Assembly: GCA_004431415.1 (NCBI GenBank)
Contig: QPMI01000017.1
Coordinates: 434,001 to 498,000, forward strand
DNA: 64,000 bases
Source of the DNA: Cyanophora paradoxa CCMP329
Lineage: Eukaryota > Plantae > Glaucophyta
Reading direction: 5' to 3'
Shown here: positions 57,105 to 64,000 of the stretch, piece after piece
How the letters are laid out: every line of letters begins with the position of its first letter
Position numbering within the stretch: position 1 is the first letter of the stretch
Made by a program: the position numbers and the translations under genes
The notes under the pieces: model-generated
What the model was told of the DNA's origin: nothing
What the model saw: only the letters and a program-made list of their open reading frames with translations
The model's database searches: none

Positions 57105-60100
57105 CTAGTCGTCCTCGCCGGAGGACGAGAGCACGACCTGCAGGGGGGCGCGCGGGGGGTCAGAAGGGGCCGGGGACGGGCGCGGGGGGCGCGGGGCGGG
57201 GCGCGGGCGCGCCTTGTAGTCGAAGGGGGTGAACTTGTAGCCGTCGCCCATGTAGAACTTGTTCATGAACTCTGCGGGCGGGCGCCGGGCGTGAGGCGGG
57301 GCCGGGCGGGGCGCGGGGCGCTAGGCGGGGGGCGGGGTAGCCGTGGGGCCGCCCCAGGGGCCGACCCCGGGGCTGAGTGGCGGGGGGACGGCGGCGCACC
57401 GACCCAGTGGAGGCGGAGGGCGTGGAGGAAGGCGGAGAGGGACTCCATGACGCAGAGGACCATCATGGTGGCGCCGGCCCACACGGCGAAGGCCACCCAG
57501 ATGAAGATGGGGCCCATCGAGCCACCGTCCCCCGCCGCCCCGAACCCGAAGCCCAGCACGCGCTCCCAGAACACTGCGCGGCCGGCACGCGCAGGCGCAG
57601 GCGCTCAGCGCGCCGCGGCGGGGTGCGCGGGGTGCGCGGGGCGGGGCCGGGGCGGGGCGGACCCTCGGAGAGCTCGGCGTGGGCGAGGGAGAGGGCCCAG
57701 AGGCGGAGGTAGGAGGCGGTGTTGGAGATGGCGCCGAGCACGAACTCGATGGTGTGGATCATCTGGTGGATCATGATCTCCCCAAAGTTGAACTCGCCGT
57801 GCCCGTGTCCGTCCCCGTGGCCGCCGCCCGGCTGGATGAGGCCGAGCTTGACGGCCTTCTCGTACTCCTTCTTGATGAGGAGGGGCTTGGGGAGGAGCAT
57901 CCAGGGGATGGCGACGACGGCGGCGAGGACGAGGACGACCTGGAGGAGGGCCTGGCCCGGGCCCGTCTCCCCCGACTCGAAGAGCGGCTCGTTGACCGTG
58001 CCGATGGTGAGGAACATGGAGATCATCGTGTGGATCAAATCCGGCGGCTGGCGCAGCGTGCCGAACCAGTCGGTGCACCACTTGACGACGATCATGAGGA
58101 CCATGTAGCCGAAGAGGCAGTTCATGAAGATCATCTGGGGGATGAACTCGTAGAGGATGTTCTTGCGGAGGCGGAAGAACTTGTCGTTGAAGTACTTGAA
58201 AATGATCCCCGTCACCATCTGCGTGATCCCGAAGATCACCGAGAGCTTCATCTTGTACGAGTTCACGAAGGGGAGCTTGTTCATGCAGCCCCACCACGCC
58301 TGCGCCGCGCCGGTCAGGGCGCGCCGGAACGGGACGGGGGGCCGGAGGAGAAAAGAAAGAGGAGGTGGGGGGGGGGGGGGGGGGGGTGGGGGGGGGGGGG
58401 CGCACGTAGTCGATGCCGAAGGGGTACGTGTTCTTCCCGATGCGCTCGGCGATGAGCACGTTCTGGCCGGGCTTCGGGTGCTCGGGGAACTTGTAGGAGG
58501 AGTTGAAGATCTTGAGGGGCAGCGAGAAGGTGTCGTTGTAGATGAGGCCCGTGTACATGGCGAAGATCGACATGAGCAGGATGACGTAGCGGCCGCCGAA
58601 GCACATGGAGATGATCTCGTTGATCTGCTTGCCGGCCCACTTCTTCTCGTTGGAGATGAGCCAGAGGGCGAAGAGGAGCATGAGGACCGAGTGGCCCAGG
58701 TCGCCGAACATGACGGCAAAGAGGAAGGGGAAGGTAACCATCGAGAGCACAGCTGCGGCGCGGGGCGGGGCCGGGCGAGCTAAGGAGGGGCGGGGCGGGG
58801 CGCCGAGGAGGGTGCGCGCGCGCGGGCGGACCCGGGTTCAGCTCGCGGTAGCGCGCGATACCGTACGAGTCGACGATGGCCTGGAAGCCCTTGGTGAACT
58901 TGTTGACGCGGAAGTACGTCGGCGGCGTCTCGTGCGTGTTGAGCACGTTGACGATGGAGGGGACCTGCGCCCCGCTGCGCTCCGTCGCCTTGCGCAGAGC
59001 GAGCTGGATCTTGTCGATGGAGGCCTTGGGGGTCCAGCCCTCGGCGATGAGGCACTTGCGGGTGACGTCATAGTTGAAGAGGTTGAGCGAGTGGAAGACG
59101 GCCTTCTCCTTCTTCACCGTGGTCGTCCACGCCTGCAGGTTCGCCGCCATGTTCATCAGCACCGCCGTCCGGTGCGTGCTCGTCCGCTCGATCACCGTCT
59201 CCAGGTCCGCCAGCCGCGACCGGACCTGCCGCCCGGCGCCCGCCCGCTCAGACCCGGCGCGGGCGCGGCGGGGGAAACGCCGTCGTGGGCGGTCACCTGG
59301 TTCATCATCGAGGCCTGCTCGCTCTTGTCCTCGGGGTACGGGTAGCGGTTCGCCGCGAAGGCCTCGCAGATCTTGTTGATCTTGGCCTGCGCGAGGGGCG
59401 TCGGAGGGCGCCGGCTCGTAGTGCACGCCGCGCGAGCCGGACCTGGGCGCGCTCTCCCGAGTAGAAGACGATGAAGACGTTCTTGTTCACCTTGTCGCCC
59501 TGCGCAGCGCCGCGGGTTTGAGCGCGGGGCGGCCGACGGCTGGCGGCGGGGACGGCGGGCGGAGGAGCGGCGCACGGTGTGCGGGTCGGTGATCGGCTCG
59601 TCGATCTCAGAGAAGCGAACGAACATATTGCCGCGAGTCGCGCGGAACTGGCGCGCAACCACAACGGTGAGGCGCGAGCCGAGACGACTGAGGCTAGGGC
59701 GCGGGACGCACCATCACACGCTCGAAGGAGGCGCGCTTGTCGCGCACAATGACACCAGCGATGAAGCTGCACGAGGGGGTAAGGCCGGGCCAAGCGAGCC
59801 GGAGGCGTGGTCGGGCGGACCCGAGGGCGCGGGTAGTGCGCGTTGCGGCGCGCTCCTCCTCGCGTCTGCGCAGCGGAAGGCGCTCCTCGACGTCCTGGTC
59901 GAGCAGGTCGCCCTGGGGAGCCGCGCGGGCCATGGCCGACGCCTGCAGCGCCGGCAGGTCACGGGCCAGCTCGCGCCGAGCAGCCGGCTAGCTGAAATAA
60001 AGGAAGAAGCAAACAGACCTGCTCGAAGAACTGGACGCCCTTCTCCAGCACGTACTTCATCTCGACGAGCTCGTTGTAGTTCCGGTCGAGCATCTCCTTG

Positions 60101-60684
60101 TTCTCGTTCATCTGCTTCAGCTCCTTCTCAAACTCGTCGAACATGACGGTCTGCAAGAACGAAAGCGAGCAACGAGGCGCCGGTGAGCACGGCGCGCGAC
60201 GCGGCATACGAGACGAATCGGTGAAAGGGCGGGGGGGCGCACATCCAGGTCGGCGGCGGTCATGCGCTTCGGCTTCCGCGGAACACGCTCCGGGTCGATG
60301 CCTGCCTTCTCAATTTGCTCCGCCATGAAGCGGAGCTTCCGCTCGATCTCATCGCAGCGTTTGACGTCGTTCGCGAAGTTCCGCTGGAAAGCAGACTTGT
60401 CCGCGTTGAGCTGTGCGACAGCGATGATCAGCTAAACGTCCCTGGCGCCCCGCCCGCTGGCCGCGGGGCCCCCGAAGGTCGTCCGGCCAGCACGCACATC
60501 CTTGAACTGGATGAGGCCCAGATTCCCGAGCTCATCGACGGTATCATGCGCAGCCTCGTTCTGGATGAAGAGCTGAACGAGGGACATCTCCTCGCTGGCC
60601 GCCGGCGGTGAGGCGGGCGATATGTGGGGCGACGGGCAGAACGCGGCGAATTCGCGCTACAAACCTTCGCCATAGGTCACCCAT
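57105..60684 (-). CDS. VHA-a: V-type H+-ATPase V0 subunit a (15 exons)
   Basis: [81 protein letters not shown] (essential Arg), [19 protein letters not shown]. Confidence 0.98.
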
Positions 60685-60784
60685 GGCTGCTTGTCGCACG
60701 CTGCGACAAGCCGAGCGAGTGCCGAGCCGCTTCGAGGGGTACGCCGACAGTTGGCTACGGCAAAATTCCAAACGAGCACAGCCG
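60685..60784. promoter_or_regulatory. Putative bidirectional promoter (V-ATPase a / coiled-coil gene)
   Basis: Only 100 bp separate the divergent ATGs. Confidence 0.6.
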
Positions 60785-63700
60785 ATGGCGGCCGTGCCAG
60801 CGATGGTCGTGACGACCACGGCAGAGGGTGGCGGCAGCGATGCGCCATTCGCAGAGCCCCAAGCGAGCGGGACGGCCAGTGCTGGCCCGCCGCAGAGCAC
60901 AGCCACACAGGGCGACCGGCCTGTGAGCTTAGAATGCTCTATATACCTTCAAGAGCTTAGCTATGACTCGATGGGGGCTTAGCGAGCCCGCACCGCCGCA
61001 CCACTGCAAACCTCGCTGACGCCTCTGCAGCCCCGTCCTCTGAAGATACACATATCGCTCGAGACGTTTGATGATCGGAATCCCAACTCAGGCACCGCCC
61101 CGGCGCACCCCCGCGTCCCCGACGCCGCTTACGACCCTTTCGCAGTCAACATCACAAGCCCGCGATCCAAGGAGGCGTGCTTGCGGCAGGGAATCGAGCC
61201 CACGGAGCTGCTGTACAGGCGCGCCGGAGGCCCGCCCCGCGCCCCGCGGCCGAGCTGAGCGTGCTGTCCAGGCCTATCGAGAGCTTCGCGGAGCGGGGCC
61301 TGGCCCCGGCGCTGCAGCGGCGGCGCTACGACCACTACGAGATCCGGCGGCAGGGTCGGCACCGCTCCCCGGCTCGCGCCTGTGGCGCGAGCGCTGCTGA
61401 CGGCGGGCGCAGCCAAATTGCAGCTGGTGAAGCAGGAGCGGCTGCTGATCATGCAGGAGGCGGAGGAGCAGGAGGCCGAGGAGGCCCGCGAGCCAGAGGA
61501 GGAGCCACTGGCCCTGCCCGCGCCCCCGGCCCGGGCCCCGCCCCCGGCCCCCGCGCCAGCCCCGGCGGCCTCATCGGCGAGCCCGCCGCCGGCGGCGGGG
61601 GCGGGGGACGGGATGCACTCGTACCGGTCGGGGCGGGGCTCGGTGAAGTCGCACAAGTCGGGGGCGAGCGGGACGGCCTCCGTGGCGGACTCGGCGTTCA
61701 TCGCCCGCGAGAAGGACTTCCTCGAGAGGCTCCAGCGCCGCCAGCAGGCCCGCCCCGGCCCCGGCCCCGGCCCCTTTGCACGCCCTCTCACCCCTTCGCT
61801 CGCAGAAAGAAGTCGAGGCGATGGTCGCCTACGAGAAGCACCTCGCAGAGTGCGGCCGGGCCCTCCCCCGCGCCCCCCGCCCCGGCCCGGCCCGGCCCAA
61901 GCGCGCTCCTTTTGCAGGTTGAGGGAGGCGCAGCGGAAGAGAGACGAGGAGAAGCGGCGGCAGGAGGAGGAGCTGGCGAGGGACCGGGCGCGCCGGCAAA
62001 AGGAATGGGAGGAGAAGCGGGTGCGGGAGGGCCGCCTCACGCCGCCGCCGGCGAGCGAGTGACGCGGGGGCGGCAGAGGGAGCGGGACCTGCAGAAGGCG
62101 AAGGAGGCGGAGGAGGAGCAGATCCGGCGGCAGATCCTCGCCCAGGAGAAGTACGAGCAGGAGCGCAAGGAGGCCGAGAAGCGGCGCGCCGAGGAGGAGC
62201 GCCGGCGCCGCGAGGCGCGCAAAGCCGAGGAGGAGAAGGCGCGGGCGGCCGACGAGGCGAAGCGCAAGGCGGAGGCGGCGGCGCTGGCGCAGCGGCGGGA
62301 GGCGGAGGCGCGGCGGCGGGAGATGGAGGAGAAGGAGGAGCGGCGGCGGCAGGCGATCGAGGCGGCGAAGCAGAGGCGGGCGGCGGAGGCGGGGGAGAAG
62401 CGGGCGGAGGCCGAGGCGCGGCTCTTCGACGTGAAGGCGGCGGTGGACGAGACGCTGCGCTCGCAGCGGGAGGCGATCGAGCGGAAGCAGGCGGAGATGG
62501 AGTGGCGGCGGCAGCAGCAGGAGGCGGCGCGGCGCCTCGAGTCGGAGGAGCGGCGCAAGGCGAGCGACAAGTCGCGGCAGGTGGAGGAGGCCGTCGCGCG
62601 CGCCGCGGAGCTCGAGCGGGAGCGCAAGGCGGAGCTGGTGGCGCGGGAGCAGAAGACGCACGAGCGGCTGCGGCAGCTCGCCGTCGAGAAGGAGGCCGAG
62701 GCTCGGGCCCAGCGGCGCGACCTCGAGGCGAAGGAGCGGCAGCGGCGGGAGAAGCTCGAGGCGGCGAAGCGGCGCGAGGCGGAGCGCAAGGCGACGATCG
62801 TGCGGGCGATCGAGGAGGTAGAGGGCGTGCTTGACAAGGCGCGCCTGCAGCAGCGCAAGTCGGCCGAGTTCCGCACGGAGGACCGGCGCCTCCGCATGAT
62901 CGAGAAGGCGGAGAACGTGGAGCGCATGAAGCGCATCGAGGCGTACAAGCGGGAGAAGGCGCTCGAGAAGATCCGGCGGGAGGAGGAGCGGGTGGCGGCG
63001 CTGCGGGAGAAGCAGGCGGAGATGCTGAACCAGCGGAAGCGCTTCCGGGAGGCGAACGCGCTGATCCGGCAGCAGCTGACGGAGGCCGTCGAGAAGCTGC
63101 GCGCCAACAAGAAGCTCGAGAACGCCCCCGAGGAGCTCGCCAAGGTCCTCGCCGTCGCCCGCCGCGGGCCCGACTCGCCGCGCTCCTCCTCCGCCTCCCC
63201 CTCCGCCTCGCCCCCGCCCCGCCCCGCCACCGCCTCCTCCGCCGCCCCGGGCCCCTCCTCCTCCTCCTCCGCCCCCGCGACATCCGTCGCCTCCGCCCCG
63301 CCCACCGCTCCCGCGCCCGGCGGGAAGCCGCGGCGGCCGCTCATCCCGGAGGATGCGGAGGAGGAGGGGGAGCCGGCGGCGGCGGCCGAGCGGGCGCAGT
63401 CGCCCCCGCGGCGCAGCCAGAGCGACCCGGCGCTGCGGTCCCCGGCGGGCGGCCCCGGGGCCTCCTCGGGGGCAGCCTCCATGCGGGGGCCCCGGCCCCG
63501 GCCCGAGGAGGCGACCCCGGCCTCGCCCCGGGACCCGCGCCTGCTCCAGGCGGGGGGCGGCAGCCCCGGGCCGAGCCCCAAGCGGGAGCCCGTCCGCCGC
63601 TACGGCTCCGGCTCGCAGGCCCCGCAGGCGACGGGCCCGGGGGCCGGAGACGGGCCCACCCTCAACCCCTTCTTCACGCAGCGGAAGCCCCTCGAGAAGG

Positions 63701-64000
63701 CGAGCGGCCCGGCCCCGCGCCCTCCCTCGGGGCTGGCCGGCCTGAGGCGGGGCGCGCAGCTCGGGGTGCACAGGATGCCGCGGCGGGCGGGGCGGCGGGG
63801 CCACGCAGGCGGGGCCGACGGGGGCGACGGCGGGCTCGGGGGCATCCAGGGCGCGGTGCGCGGGGTCCGGGCGGCGGGGCGGGCTCCGCTGACGGGCGGG
63901 CAGGCGCGGGCGTACCTGGCGAGCACGGGGGCGGTGGGGAGCGGGCTCTTCGGGGGGCGCAAGGTGGACCTGGACACGCGGATACGGAACCAGATCGAGG
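60785..64000 (+). CDS. Long coiled-coil protein with a protist-conserved N-terminal motif; truncated at the window end
   Basis: ISLETFDD...VNITSPRSKEACLRQGIEPTELLY|RPIESF...RYDHYEIRRQ|AKLQLVKQER, then an E/R/K/A-rich coiled coil encoded on the + strand at ~62080-63150. Confidence 0.75.

Overview
This is eukaryotic nuclear DNA, not prokaryotic. It is very GC-rich and gene-dense, with many short (~55-100 nt) spliceosomal introns, which suggests a protist or alga; a glaucophyte-like organism is only a guess. Most ORFs in the supplied track are artefacts, so I rebuilt gene models by hand-splicing. About 18 genes were found: a secreted 2xLamG-like/HYR-like protein, a class II HDAC, a hypothetical (possibly ciliary) protein, PRP8 (30 introns, no intein), two tandem bZIP paralogs lacking the invariant Asn, four membrane proteins, a bacterial-type caspase-like (C14) protease, an acylated DUF4062-NACHT-WD40 STAND NTPase, a PP2-like protein, an F-box/LRR protein, a coiled-coil RUN-domain protein, V-ATPase subunit a, and a coiled-coil protein cut by the window end. 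Two MITEs (hAT-type and Tc1/mariner-type) lie in the first 2.4 kb. The main signals are: (1) very frequent GC-AG introns with strong gene-to-gene bias (0/30 in PRP8, many in the accessory genes); (2) intron ends that are often reverse-complementary; (3) intergenic and intronic tracts built from chained short palindromes; (4) a candidate cell-death/immunity neighbourhood of caspase, STAND, lectin-like and F-box genes. Domain calls come from motif recognition only; no searches were run.
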